NCBI GenBank assembly: GCA_964342655.1
Contig: CAYFFZ010000002.1
Coordinates: 1 to 46,857 of the forward strand
Direction of reading: 5' to 3'
Source of the DNA: an uncultured Nitrososphaerales archaeon
Lineage (GTDB): Archaea > Thermoproteota > Nitrososphaeria > Conexivisphaerales > UBA164
DNA: 46,857 nucleotides
Shown: piece by piece, positions 9,395 to 18,988 of the stretch
How the letters are laid out: each line of letters starts with the position of its first letter
Numbering within the stretch: the first letter of the stretch is position 1
The notes under the pieces: generated by a model
What the model was told of the DNA's origin: nothing
What the model saw: only the letters and a program-made list of their open reading frames with translations
Database searches by the model: none
Made by a program: the position numbers and the translations under genes

Positions 9395-10147
9395 ATGTTA
9401 ACTAAGAATATTTTTAGAATACCAAGAGAAAAGAGTTCTGCGGGTATTCTAACTTTTTCTTTTTTGCTAGCAGTCTTTTCCAGTTTACATTTTAAATGGC
9501 CTAATTTGTTAATAGCTTTAATTTCATACCTGCTATTCTTGTTAACTTTCGACTTTTTGTTTGAAAATTCAGCTAAGCCTTTCAATATAAATTATATAAT
9601 GATTGTTTTGCTGGATGCGGTTCCGATTTTTATAGCGATTGCATTAAATGGAATGATCGTTCTTTTGGGAATTTTGCCTTCCTTGATCTGCGCATCTATA
9701 TATCTTCTTTATGCGATAAGAAGAAAAGGCAGATCGGTACAAGCATTGGTTTTAGGTTCTTCTATACTTGCTGGTTTTTATTATTATTTTGCTTCAATTT
9801 TAAGCTGGCTAGGTTTTGCAAAATCGCTTATTGGGTTCTTGTTATTTTCTTATAATGCGGCCGAAGTGCTTTATGTAGAAAGCAAGTTAAAGTTCAGGAA
9901 TATAGACCCAAAATATTCATTTGCGATTTTTCTAACGAGTTTTCTAGCTTTTATCTATCTTCCATTATATTTCGTTTTACCATTAGTCGAACCCTCAGTA
10001 AGGTTTTTTGTGAATGTTTTTAAAAACAGAAAATTTAGCAATTATGAAGAGATAAACATGTTTGGCATTAAAGAATTCGCTAGGTATTCTTTATTTTTTA
10101 TCTTTCTATGCATAATTACTGTAATTTATGAAGTAAAAATTATATAA
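9395..10147 (+). CDS. Polytopic membrane protein of unknown function
   Basis: 250 aa with about 7-8 hydrophobic segments and no recognisable motif. Its 3' end overlaps the convergent trpC by 8 nt. Confidence 0.55.
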   Translation: MLTKNIFRIPREKSSAGILTFSFLLAVFSSLHFKWPNLLIALISYLLFLLTFDFLFENSAKPFNINYIMIVLLDAVPIFIAIALNGMIVLLGILPSLICASIYLLYAIRRKGRSVQALVLGSSILAGFYYYFASILSWLGFAKSLIGFLLFSYNAAEVLYVESKLKFRNIDPKYSFAIFLTSFLAFIYLPLYFVLPLVEPSVRFFVNVFKNRKFSNYEEINMFGIKEFARYSLFFIFLCIITVIYEVKII

Positions 10148-10886
10148 AAAATTGTATTTTGCACGGGTCCTTCATTAAAGCTGTACCTATTAGAAACGCA
10201 TCGGCTCCATTTTCCTTAAGCTTTATTATTTGATGTCTTTCGTTTATACCGCTTTCAGCTATTTTTAAAGATTTTTTAGGCGTAATTTTAATAAGTTGAA
10301 TAATCTTCTCAACGCTTACTGTCAAAGAGCTCAGATCCCGAGCGTTTATCCCTATTGTATCAGCTCCGCAACTATTTGCAGTTTTTAAATCGTTTTCGTC
10401 CTCTACTTCTACGAGCGGTGTCATGCCGTAACTTTTTATAGTTTCAAAAAGGTTGCAGAACTCTTTTTCTTTGAGTATGCGTACGATCAATAATACCGCA
10501 TCTGCGCCTATGCTGTAAGCAGTGTGTACTTGGTCCTCAGTAACTACAAAGTCTTTAAAAAGCAAAGGTAGCTTTACAGTCTTGGCAATGGCTTCAAAAA
10601 TCTCATAACTACCTGAAAAGTAAACAGGCTCAGTTAAAATGCTCATTCCTGCAACCCCCGCACTTTCCATAAACTTAGCGTAATTTACAGGGTCTCTATC
10701 CTGCATAAATCCAGAGGGGGATCTTTTTTTGAATTCTGCAATTATCGGATTTAAGCCATCTTTCTTCTTTTTAAGTATGCTTTCTTTTAGATCATAAAAA
10801 GCCCTTTCTCTTTGTTTTATTATGGGTTTTCTTTTTTGCGCGGCCCTTACCACTTCATTAAGCCAGCCAGTTAATTCTCGGGGCAA
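10140..10886 (-). CDS. trpC: Indole-3-glycerol-phosphate synthase
   Basis: The N-terminus MPRELTGWLNEVV...IIAEFKKRSPSG resembles Sulfolobus IGPS. TIM-barrel motifs are present. TTG start. Confidence 0.9.
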   Translation of the reverse strand: MPRELTGWLNEVVRAAQKRKPIIKQRERAFYDLKESILKKKKDGLNPIIAEFKKRSPSGFMQDRDPVNYAKFMESAGVAGMSILTEPVYFSGSYEIFEAIAKTVKLPLLFKDFVVTEDQVHTAYSIGADAVLLIVRILKEKEFCNLFETIKSYGMTPLVEVEDENDLKTANSCGADTIGINARDLSSLTVSVEKIIQLIKITPKKSLKIAESGINERHQIIKLKENGADAFLIGTALMKDPCKIQFFI

Positions 10887-10889
10887 TCT

Positions 10890-11474
10890 CTACACCTTGT
10901 TTAAAAAGTTATAAAGTATCTTTTTTCCTACAGAAGTTCCTATGCTCTCAGGGTGGAACTGAGTTCCATATATTCTGTATTCTTTATGATGTAAACCCAT
11001 TATTTCATTATCATCTAAACTAATGGCATCAACTTCAAGGGGATCTATAACATCATAAAGAACTAGGCTGTGGTACCTAGTGGCAGTAAATTCAGAATTA
11101 ATACCCTGATAAATGGGTGAATTAGATAAATGCCTTATTTTGCCGATCTTTCCATGCATAATTTTTTTTGCGTTCCTCATCTTAGCACCGTAAGCCACTC
11201 CTATGGCCTGATGTCCAAAACAAATGCCCAGCAGCGGAATCCTTCTGCCAATAACCCTTATAAGTTCTATAACAATTCCTGAATCCTCTTTCCTTTCAGG
11301 TGAACCGGGTCCAGGAGAAATTATTATCCTGTCAGGGTTTATTCTTTCGACAGCTTTAACAGATATCTCGTCATTTCTCACTACGATGGCTGTGCTTCCA
11401 AGCTCTCCAACATACTGGGCTATATTATAAACGAAGCTGTCATAATTGTCAATTATGAGAGTTAAATCGCTCAT
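10890..11474 (-). CDS. trpG: Anthranilate synthase component II (glutamine amidotransferase)
   Basis: LLGICFGHQ catalytic Cys motif and HPES near the C-terminus (class I GATase). Confidence 0.9.
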   Translation of the reverse strand: MSDLTLIIDNYDSFVYNIAQYVGELGSTAIVVRNDEISVKAVERINPDRIIISPGPGSPERKEDSGIVIELIRVIGRRIPLLGICFGHQAIGVAYGAKMRNAKKIMHGKIGKIRHLSNSPIYQGINSEFTATRYHSLVLYDVIDPLEVDAISLDDNEIMGLHHKEYRIYGTQFHPESIGTSVGKKILYNFLNKV

Positions 11475-12787
11475 TCTGTATCACCAGCAGCTATCCTAAG
11501 TGCTTTCATCTTAAACTCAGTTTCCCAGTATTCGTTTTCAGGAACAGAATCATAAACTATGCCCGCGCCGGCCTGAATCCTCATAATTTCTTTGTTAAAA
11601 AATGCACTTCTTATTGCGATAGCGAATTCAGAATCACCATTTGAAGAAAAAAATCCCACCGCGCCTGCATATGGTCCACGTTTGTATGGTTCAATCTCCT
11701 CTATAATGTTCATGGCATAGGGTTTTGGTGCACCGCTGACGGTTCCAGCTGGAAAAGTTGCCTTCAGAACATCTGGCGCAAAAACATTTTTTCTTAGAGT
11801 GCCGATGACCCTGCTTACAATGTGCTGCACGTGGCTGTATTTTTCAACGTACATAAGGTCAGGAACCTTTACAGATCCGTAATAAGACACTTTGCCAGCA
11901 TCGTTTCTTGCGAGATCCACAAGCATTAGATGTTCAGCCCTTTCTTTTTCTGATCGTATTAAATCCCTTTCAAGTTTAAAGTCGTCTTCAGCGTTTTTCC
12001 CACGAGGTCTTGACCCCGCTATAGGATAGATCTCGACGACCCCATCCTGTAGACTGAAAAGTGTTTCGGGACTGGCCCCGATAAGTTTCTTCTCTCCAAA
12101 CTTAAGGTAATACATATAAGGTGAAGGGTTTATATTCCGTAATCTTTTATAGAAAGTCAATGGATCACCATTGAACGCGTATGAATAAAATCTGGAAATT
12201 ACAACCTGAAACGCATAACCCGAAAATATTTTTTCCTTAACTTTCCTGACAGAATCTTCAAAATCGTATTTTTTAATAGATTCCCCTTCTAACTTGACTC
12301 TAAATTCATCATGATCCACGCAGGTGGCTTTTGGCTCTTCTCCAAAGATGTAAACGTTCTCCTGATAGTTATCATAAACTATAATGTTTTTTGGAACAAA
12401 GAACTCAAATTCGGGCCACGGTTCAGCTTCAGGCTTTTCATCTTTTACGTTCTCCCAGTATCTTACCGCATCGTAACTGAGGTAACCCACTGGTCCACCT
12501 TTATACCTTCCCGGGAATGGGATTTCCTGAGACCTTGCTATAACTTCGCTGAAAACTTCAATTGGGTCATAGAAGTCTCTGGAAAATGTTCCGTAAACCT
12601 TTCCTTTTTTACCGCTTATTCTTTCCTTTGTACCCCAAGCTATTATAGAATATCTAGTAAGATGTTCAGGCCCCCGTACGCTTTCGAGAAGTGCAGCCGT
12701 CTCGTTTTCTTTTTCTATGCACGAAAAAAGCTTATAAGGCTCAGGCATTTGAGAGATCTTTTTTTCAGTTACGCTCATTTTTAACAA
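11471..12787 (-). CDS. trpE: Anthranilate synthase component I
   Basis: Chorismate-binding family motifs ([26 protein letters not shown]). The TTG at 12787 and the ATG at 12778 are both possible starts. Confidence 0.9.
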   Translation of the reverse strand: MLKMSVTEKKISQMPEPYKLFSCIEKENETAALLESVRGPEHLTRYSIIAWGTKERISGKKGKVYGTFSRDFYDPIEVFSEVIARSQEIPFPGRYKGGPVGYLSYDAVRYWENVKDEKPEAEPWPEFEFFVPKNIIVYDNYQENVYIFGEEPKATCVDHDEFRVKLEGESIKKYDFEDSVRKVKEKIFSGYAFQVVISRFYSYAFNGDPLTFYKRLRNINPSPYMYYLKFGEKKLIGASPETLFSLQDGVVEIYPIAGSRPRGKNAEDDFKLERDLIRSEKERAEHLMLVDLARNDAGKVSYYGSVKVPDLMYVEKYSHVQHIVSRVIGTLRKNVFAPDVLKATFPAGTVSGAPKPYAMNIIEEIEPYKRGPYAGAVGFFSSNGDSEFAIAIRSAFFNKEIMRIQAGAGIVYDSVPENEYWETEFKMKALRIAAGDTE

Positions 12788-13355
12788 CCTCTATAATCTT
12801 TTTCATCTTCGCTTCATCCTTTTTTCCGATATAAGATTCTATACCGCTTGAAACGTCTATCCATGCAGGATTAAGCTTAGCGTACAGATTGACGTTATCA
12901 GGCGTTATACCACCGCCAAGCCCAGAATCAGGTCTCATTTTAAGCAGTTCCTTTGCATAAACCAGATCAGAAGGAATGCCTTTCTTAGATGAATCTATAA
13001 GCGGTACTGCATTTGGTACGCTGTCTAAAAGCTTTATGTAATTTAACCCTTCTTTTGATGATGGTACATAAAGTATGAATCGTGATGAGTAAGAACGCAA
13101 CATCTCTAGCTCTGTAATTTCTAAAACTTTATGAATCTGTATAAAGTCAGCTAGCTCCAAAAGTTCGTCAAATTTTGGTTGTAGCTTTACAGCAACTACA
13201 GGAACTTTTAAAACTCTTCTGGCATTATTCAAAAGTTCAGGTGTAACATATCTTGCTTGTGCAGGTTCCAATATAAAACCTAGCATATCAGCTCCGAGTC
13301 TTTCGGCTTTAATCGCATCTTCTAGGTTTGTAATTCCGCAGAACTTGACTTTCAA
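12765..13355 (-). CDS. trpF: Phosphoribosylanthranilate isomerase
   Basis: The MKVKFCGIT N-terminus is canonical for PRAI. Supported by its position in the trp operon. TTG start. Confidence 0.85.
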   Translation of the reverse strand: MKVKFCGITNLEDAIKAERLGADMLGFILEPAQARYVTPELLNNARRVLKVPVVAVKLQPKFDELLELADFIQIHKVLEITELEMLRSYSSRFILYVPSSKEGLNYIKLLDSVPNAVPLIDSSKKGIPSDLVYAKELLKMRPDSGLGGGITPDNVNLYAKLNPAWIDVSSGIESYIGKKDEAKMKKIIEVVKNERN

Positions 13356-14404
13356 GTAGCCGTCATCTCCTCGAGTTTTTCAATTTTGCGAATATCACCG
13401 TGAGAGGATACAACTTTTCTCAACGTCTCATGACCTTGTGCAATTAACTGTTCTGCATAATCTAGCCCATCTGAAACGCTCGAGACGCTTTCTGAAGCTA
13501 AAAGCGCTAGTGCAGAATTTGCAACTATGAACTTCTTAATATCATCATCCTTCCCATTTAAGGCCCTTATGAACCTTGAAGCTGATTCTTCGGGTTCTTG
13601 GACTTTTAACTTATCAATGTTTACGGGCTCCTTAAGTTTTAAATCTTCTAGAGTTATTCTGAATTTTTCATAACTTTTCCTTTTAATTCTGACAACTTCT
13701 GTAACACCTGATACTGAAACTTCATCAATTCCGGGATAACCATGCGCAAGATAAACGTTTTCTGCACCTAAAGTAAAAAGCGTCTCCGAAATTGGCTGTA
13801 GAAGGTCGCGCGAATAGACACCTATGACCTGTTTTCTAACTCCTGCTGGGTTTGTCAAAGGCCCTAATATATTAAAAATAGTTCTTATTCCCAAAGCCTT
13901 TCTTATAGGAGCGACGTTCTTCATAGAAGGGTGATAAAACTGAGCAAAAAGGAACACAAATCCAGAATTCTGAATAAGGGTTTCAGCTTCTTCTGGTCTT
14001 ACCAGCACGTTATAGCCAAGCGCTTCAAGGAATTCTGCAGAACCGCTCCTGCTACTTACACCTCTGTTACCGTGTTTGGCGACCTTTACAGATCTGCTTA
14101 TTATTATTGCGGAAGCCGTGCTGGCGTTAAATGTGCCGAAGCCATCCCCTCCTGTTCCAGCTGTATCAACAGCATCATACCATGGCCCTATCCTGATTGC
14201 GGAATTCCTCATAGAAAGCGCAAATCCTGCTATTTCTTGTGAAGTTTCCCCTTTTGCCCTAAGTGCTACTAGTATCGCAGAGGTCTGTGCTTCAGAAAGT
14301 TCTCCCCTTATTATCGCCGAGGCTATTTCAAAAGATTCTTCTATGCTTAAGTTTTTTCTTTCAAGTAGCTTTTCTAAAGTTTTATTAAAATTCATCAAGG
14401 ACAT
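13352..14404 (-). CDS. trpD: Anthranilate phosphoribosyltransferase
   Basis: DTAGTGGDG and KHGNRGVSS motifs of TrpD. Confidence 0.9.
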   Translation of the reverse strand: MSLMNFNKTLEKLLERKNLSIEESFEIASAIIRGELSEAQTSAILVALRAKGETSQEIAGFALSMRNSAIRIGPWYDAVDTAGTGGDGFGTFNASTASAIIISRSVKVAKHGNRGVSSRSGSAEFLEALGYNVLVRPEEAETLIQNSGFVFLFAQFYHPSMKNVAPIRKALGIRTIFNILGPLTNPAGVRKQVIGVYSRDLLQPISETLFTLGAENVYLAHGYPGIDEVSVSGVTEVVRIKRKSYEKFRITLEDLKLKEPVNIDKLKVQEPEESASRFIRALNGKDDDIKKFIVANSALALLASESVSSVSDGLDYAEQLIAQGHETLRKVVSSHGDIRKIEKLEEMTAT

Positions 14405-15125
14405 CTCTCACCATTTTTACAACGTCAAGAGCACCACTAAGCCCGTTGTTCTCAAAAGCTTCAACATAAGCTGAGCCAATAGCAACACCATCAGCGCCTG
14501 CGCTAAGCGCCTCCTTTATTTCTTCTAAGCCTTTTAAGCCAAAGCCCACAACAACCCTGCTATTTGTGAGGTTCTTTAACCGCTTTAAAAGCGAGCTTAC
14601 GTTAACCGGGGTATTTACGCCCGTTGTTGGCCTTACCCCATAATACAGAAAAGGTGAAGAAAACTTGTAAACATCTGATATTATCTTGTCAGGTACAAAA
14701 GGAGAAACAAAAACGACAGAATCAAGACCCTTTTCTAAAATCTTGTTTAAATATTTGGAGTAATTTTCAGAAAAATCGATTAATAGGTCTGGAAATAGAA
14801 CTCCATCCGCTCCTGAAGCTTTGGTCATATCAAGAAACTCATCAAGATTGTTCTGGACCCCTTCTAGGTATGTTAATATTATTATTTTTTTCTTCGTGAT
14901 GTTTCTTGTATATGAAATGAGGTCTGAAAAATTGTTGTACATTGACTTTACTTTTAAATAAGAGCTTCTTATGAGAGGTCCATCGTACTTAGCAAACTTG
15001 GGTGGGTAGCCAAGCTCAAAAATATCTGTGCCTAAAGCGTCGGCCTCTTTTACAAATTTTAAGTAGTCATCTTCATTAGGATACCCGAGAGTTATATAGC
15101 TGACCAAGAGTTTTTTAATTGTCAT
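14385..15125 (-). CDS. trpA: Tryptophan synthase alpha chain
   Basis: 246-aa TIM-barrel protein (ELGYPP...VGFG) that overlaps trpB by 4 nt. Confidence 0.85.
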   Translation of the reverse strand: MTIKKLLVSYITLGYPNEDDYLKFVKEADALGTDIFELGYPPKFAKYDGPLIRSSYLKVKSMYNNFSDLISYTRNITKKKIIILTYLEGVQNNLDEFLDMTKASGADGVLFPDLLIDFSENYSKYLNKILEKGLDSVVFVSPFVPDKIISDVYKFSSPFLYYGVRPTTGVNTPVNVSSLLKRLKNLTNSRVVVGFGLKGLEEIKEALSAGADGVAIGSAYVEAFENNGLSGALDVVKMVRDVLDEF

Positions 15126-16375
15126 TTGGCCTCCATCTTTTGATAATATGAAAGGTCAAGCAGGCCGTGCCCGCTAAGATTGAATGCTATAACTTCCTTT
15201 TCGTTTTTCTCTTTTGCTTCTTTCGCTATTTTAATAGCAGCGCTTATTGCATGAGCGCTTTCAGGCGCAGGAATAATACCCTGAGCGCTGGCAAAAAGCT
15301 TTGCAGCATCATAGATTTCTTTTTCACTGAACTCCATCCATTCGATAATTTTATCTTTAATCATAAGGCTTAGAGTTGGAGCTAAACCGTGATATCTTAA
15401 GCCCCCAGAATATATTGGCGGAGGAACGTAATCCTTCCCAAGCGTTATCATCTTAAGCATAGGCAAAAGGCCTGCTGAATCAGGGAAGTCATACTCATAC
15501 ACTCCTTTGCTGAACTTTTTTATTTCAGAAGAGCTAACGGCTAAATAGCGAGAACCAATTTTAGAACCTATAAACGGATAAGTAAATCCCGCAAAGTTGC
15601 TACCACCTCCGACACACCCTATAAGGACCTCAGGCTCTTCGCCAATAAGCTCAAACTGTTTTATTGCTTCAAGGCCTATTATAGATTGATGTAGGAGAAC
15701 AACTTCAAGAACGCTTCCAATAAGATATTTATAACCGTTTTTAATGACGTATTCGATAGCTTCGCTCATTGCTATGCCCAGAGATCCTGGATTAGCTGAG
15801 TTCTTCTTCAGCTCATTTTTACCATATTCAGTAAACTCTGAAGGGCTTGGGTATACTTCAGCGCCGTAAAGTTTCATAACGGTCTTCCTTCCAGGTTTCT
15901 GTTCGTAACTAACTCTTACCATAAAAATGGTGGATTTTATTTTCATTAATGCAGCCGAAAGCGCCACGGCTGTTCCCCACTGCCCAGCCCCAGTTTCAGT
16001 TACAACCCTCTCTACACCTTCTTCTCTGGCAAAGTAAGCCTGAGGTATAGCTGTGTTTATTTTATGAGATCCAGAATGAGTCGCACCTTCGTACTTAAAG
16101 TAAATCTTTGCTGGCGTATCAAGAAGTTCTTCGAGCCTTTTTGCTCTCATAAGAGGGGTCGGCCGTCCAGCAAGTGAATAAAGCTCCATAACTTCATCAG
16201 GTATCTTAACATATCTTTCAGCTGTAAATTGCTGCCTGAGAACCTCCTTAGGGATTATTCTGTTTAGAAGCTCAATCCTCGAAAAGTCAGAATCTTCAGG
16301 ATCTCGAGGTGGAGGCAAAGGTCTAGTAAGGTCAGGTACTATATTATACCAGTAACGTGGAATAAGGTCTATCAT
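15122..16375 (-). CDS. trpB: Tryptophan synthase beta chain, TrpB2 type
   Basis: [12 protein letters not shown]-terminus and the long form (417 aa) are typical of the TrpB2 subfamily. PLP lysine context [15 protein letters not shown] motif. Confidence 0.9.
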   Translation of the reverse strand: MIDLIPRYWYNIVPDLTRPLPPPRDPEDSDFSRIELLNRIIPKEVLRQQFTAERYVKIPDEVMELYSLAGRPTPLMRAKRLEELLDTPAKIYFKYEGATHSGSHKINTAIPQAYFAREEGVERVVTETGAGQWGTAVALSAALMKIKSTIFMVRVSYEQKPGRKTVMKLYGAEVYPSPSEFTEYGKNELKKNSANPGSLGIAMSEAIEYVIKNGYKYLIGSVLEVVLLHQSIIGLEAIKQFELIGEEPEVLIGCVGGGSNFAGFTYPFIGSKIGSRYLAVSSSEIKKFSKGVYEYDFPDSAGLLPMLKMITLGKDYVPPPIYSGGLRYHGLAPTLSLMIKDKIIEWMEFSEKEIYDAAKLFASAQGIIPAPESAHAISAAIKIAKEAKEKNEKEVIAFNLSGHGLLDLSYYQKMEAK

Positions 16376-16475
16376 TGCACAATAATTGACAATAGAGTAT
16401 AAAAGTATTTCTTAATGTTATATTTAATACATATACGTTGTTATTTTTTCTAGAGTAAATATATAATGAGATATA

Positions 16476-16491
16476 AAAAGCGCTCCAGCGC
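16476..16491 (-). terminator. Small GC hairpin followed by a T-run downstream of the MFS gene (minus-strand reading GCGCTGGAGCGCTTTTT)
   Basis: GCGC-TGGA-GCGC stem-loop plus T5, 41 nt after the stop at 16532. It separates the MFS gene from the trp promoter. Confidence 0.4.
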
Positions 16492-16531
16492 ATTTAAAAT
16501 ATACTTGAACAAAGAGTTATAACATATTACT

Positions 16532-17851
16532 TTAGGTGACTATTTTTCGCCCAGCTAGTTCTTCCTCTATTCGTTCAAGCGATTTGTTCTTTGTTTCTAT
16601 GCCTAAAACAGCAAGAACAAAGGCCAGTAGCATTAAAAGCAAACCTGAAAACCACAGAAAATGTGTTAATACGCCTAAAGCTAGAAGAACGGGCACTGAC
16701 GAGCCAAAGGCGAAGTTAGCAACCCGGTTTATTGAAAATGCTAGACCATCAGAGAAGCTCTTTAAATCTGTTGGAAAAACTTCTGTCTGTACAGCATAAG
16801 CAACGCCTACGTTCATAAAAGAGAAAAACATTGCCAACGAAAGAATAAGCTCTATCACATAAGCGCTTAAAAACAAAGAAAAACCAAGAAGCATATAAGA
16901 AACCCCCAAAAGCATTATAGAGGCGACAGCAAGCTTCTTTCTCCCTGCATAGTCCTGTAGAAGCGCTGAAGCCAAAGCGCCTAGAAGCGCAAAAATCCAG
17001 ACTACAAGCGTTAATGATATCAACTGTAAATAGCCCTTGGTAACAAACCTTTGTAGTATAAGTGGAGTAAAGATTGTGAGCATAGAAGTCGTTCCAGCTG
17101 TAAACCAAGCTATAGACGAGTACGCAAATCCTCTTTTGTATTTCCTAAAGATTTCCAAGTAACTTTTTCTCTCGTTTTTTTGAATATTTATCCCAAACGT
17201 TTTGAATTCTCGAGCATGCTTTTTAGGATCACCAAACTTTACAAGCCATCTGGGAGACTCAGCTAGATAGTTCCTAAGCAGTATAACAATAAGAGCAGGA
17301 ATGGCACCTAATGCAAATATTATCCTCCATATGATGTTGGGAGAAATCCCTAAAGAGTACAACATATAAGCTACAAGCACGCTTACAAGGCCACCTAACG
17401 GCATCATAAGGAGAGATATGCCTAGCATTGTCCCCCTTTTGTTTTTTGGAAGCATTTCAGATAAAAGAGCAGGTCCAGAAACTATGTCGGCACCTATACC
17501 AAACCCTATAACTAACCTAATTGCTATAAGCTGCATAACATTTGAAACAAACGCAGAAACAAAGGATGCTATAAAAAAGAAAAATAAATCCAATATAAGG
17601 GCAGGCTTTCTTCCCCTGAGGTCGCTGAAAACGCCAAAAATAATTGCTCCAAAAATTCCTCCAAGATATGTTGCTGTACCCAGTAGCCCTTGAACGGCAG
17701 TTGTAATTTTCATAACTTTGATCAAAAAAGGCAATGCTATGCTTACGTTCAAAAGGTCATAACCATCTAAAAAAGTTCCCAACCCCACTAATATTGTCAT
17801 GTATACGATGAATCTGTTTAATGGTTTTTCATCAAGCTCGTTAAATATCAT
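16532..17851 (-). CDS. MFS transporter, sugar-porter-like subfamily
   Basis: 439 aa with 12 TM segments. SDLRGRKP and AESPRWL motifs. Confidence 0.85.
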   Translation of the reverse strand: MIFNELDEKPLNRFIVYMTILVGLGTFLDGYDLLNVSIALPFLIKVMKITTAVQGLLGTATYLGGIFGAIIFGVFSDLRGRKPALILDLFFFFIASFVSAFVSNVMQLIAIRLVIGFGIGADIVSGPALLSEMLPKNKRGTMLGISLLMMPLGGLVSVLVAYMLYSLGISPNIIWRIIFALGAIPALIVILLRNYLAESPRWLVKFGDPKKHAREFKTFGINIQKNERKSYLEIFRKYKRGFAYSSIAWFTAGTTSMLTIFTPLILQRFVTKGYLQLISLTLVVWIFALLGALASALLQDYAGRKKLAVASIMLLGVSYMLLGFSLFLSAYVIELILSLAMFFSFMNVGVAYAVQTEVFPTDLKSFSDGLAFSINRVANFAFGSSVPVLLALGVLTHFLWFSGLLLMLLAFVLAVLGIETKNKSLERIEEELAGRKIVT

Positions 17852-18105
17852 GCATAATTTTAATTATCGATTATATTTATTTTTTGCGTTAAATAAACAC
17901 TTTTGTTTATTACTACAAAAATATTTCCATATATACTTATAATAATTTATAGAGCTAAATACAATTAATTTCAATTTTAAGATTATTTATAAAATTAGAA
18001 AGATTATGTAAAACGCGTTATTTAAAAGCAATTCCAGACGATTTAAAAATACCGATGTCGAGATTTCTAAATTTAAACTTTATGTCATATATAATTTATA
18101 AATGC

Positions 18106-18123
18106 GGACAGAAATGTTTATTA
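18106..18123 (+). promoter_or_regulatory. BRE/TATA-type promoter GGACAGAAATGTTTATTA for the ECF S-component/ATPase unit
   Basis: A purine-rich BRE-like AGAAA is followed by TTTATTA 26-33 nt before ATG 18149, consistent with a leaderless or short-leader mRNA. It is nearly identical to the element at 21217. Confidence 0.6.
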
Positions 18124-18148
18124 AGCCGCGGATTAATATTTAATTATT

Positions 18149-18937
18149 ATGACATGGAACGGCGTTCACTTTAACATGCATACAGTAATACCATGGTGGG
18201 GAATGGCAATATACTTCGTTATTATAGCCGCCTTGTTTGTATACGGATGGAAAAAACACTTGCTGGCCAGCTTTAGGACAGTAGATTACGTGTACATGGG
18301 TCTTTTAGCAGCTATTCTAGTAATATGGAACTTCTTTATATCGCCACTGATCCCGAGGTTCTCAGCAATAACTACAATATTTTACTATCCAACGATAGGA
18401 GAGCTTTTCATACTTTTCCTTGTAGCAGCACTCATAGGAAAACCGGGAAGTGTCTCAATAATGATGTTGATATACACTTTACTATCGGATATATTCCACT
18501 ACGGTTTTGGAGGAGAGCCTTTCTGGTTTATCTACGAGGTAACAGCTTACGCTATACTGATAGACCTTTACCTTCTAGTACGTGGGAAATACATGGGCAC
18601 TCCATATCAGAAAGTTCTATCTTTTAAGGCTCAGGCAGCCGTTGAGCAGACGGCCCAAGCACAGGCTCAAGCCGGCAAAACTTCAAAACCAAAGGAAAAC
18701 GTACGCAAAATACCAGGACTTTACTTCCTTGATGGAGCAGTAGTAGGTTTTATAGTGATGATCGCGTATAACTTTTGGTATCAAGGGTTCTGGGCAACTT
18801 TTGTTGAAGGATATCTGTACACATGGCACTATGTTTTGTTTGAAACTCTGACAAACGGAATAGGCGGCATAATAGTAGGAATAATACTTGCGCCCTTAGT
18901 ATATTACATAAAGAAAGTCATAGTCGGCGGATTCTAA
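18149..18937 (+). CDS. Putative ECF-transporter substrate-specific (S) component with an Ala/Gln-rich loop insertion
   Basis: 262 aa with 6-7 TM segments. It lies directly upstream of a fused ECF ATPase. No family-specific motif was recognised, so the assignment rests on context. Confidence 0.55.
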   Translation: MTWNGVHFNMHTVIPWWGMAIYFVIIAALFVYGWKKHLLASFRTVDYVYMGLLAAILVIWNFFISPLIPRFSAITTIFYYPTIGELFILFLVAALIGKPGSVSIMMLIYTLLSDIFHYGFGGEPFWFIYEVTAYAILIDLYLLVRGKYMGTPYQKVLSFKAQAAVEQTAQAQAQAGKTSKPKENVRKIPGLYFLDGAVVGFIVMIAYNFWYQGFWATFVEGYLYTWHYVLFETLTNGIGGIIVGIILAPLVYYIKKVIVGGF

Positions 18938-18988
18938 AAAAAATATTTATTAATAACTATAAACTATTTTTTAGGTGCTGAGTTAGTA

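Noticed and set aside
12311-12784. 157-aa plus-strand ORF antisense to trpE. Similar antisense ORFs lie at 11224-11430, 13931-14242, 14076-14474, 14624-14899 and 15167-15373 within the trp operon.
   Set aside because: Each lies opposite a trp gene with unambiguous motifs. They are low-complexity, Phe/Ser-rich translations with no promoter-like sequence.
16749-17108. 119-aa alternative-frame ORF on the same strand inside the MFS gene, plus antisense ORFs at 16536-16799 and 17418-17693
   Set aside because: The 439-aa MFS frame carries the family motifs and TM periodicity. The alternative frames do not.
17852-18148. Possible TPP (THI-box) or other riboswitch, or a C/D-box sRNA, in the 297-bp spacer upstream of the ECF cluster
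   Set aside because: I found no CUGAGA / ACCTGATCTGGATAATGCCAGCG-like THI-box elements on either strand. There are no RUGAUGA and CUGA box pairs and no GC-rich helices. The spacer is explained by two divergent AT-rich promoters.
18176-18190. Internal Met-His (MHTVIP) in the S-like protein as a possible CbiM/NikM-type metal-binding N-terminus
   Set aside because: CbiM/NikM have a conserved MHIxDG/MHIPEG N-terminus, and only the MH dipeptide matches here. The promoter spacing also fits ATG 18149, which leaves MH internal.
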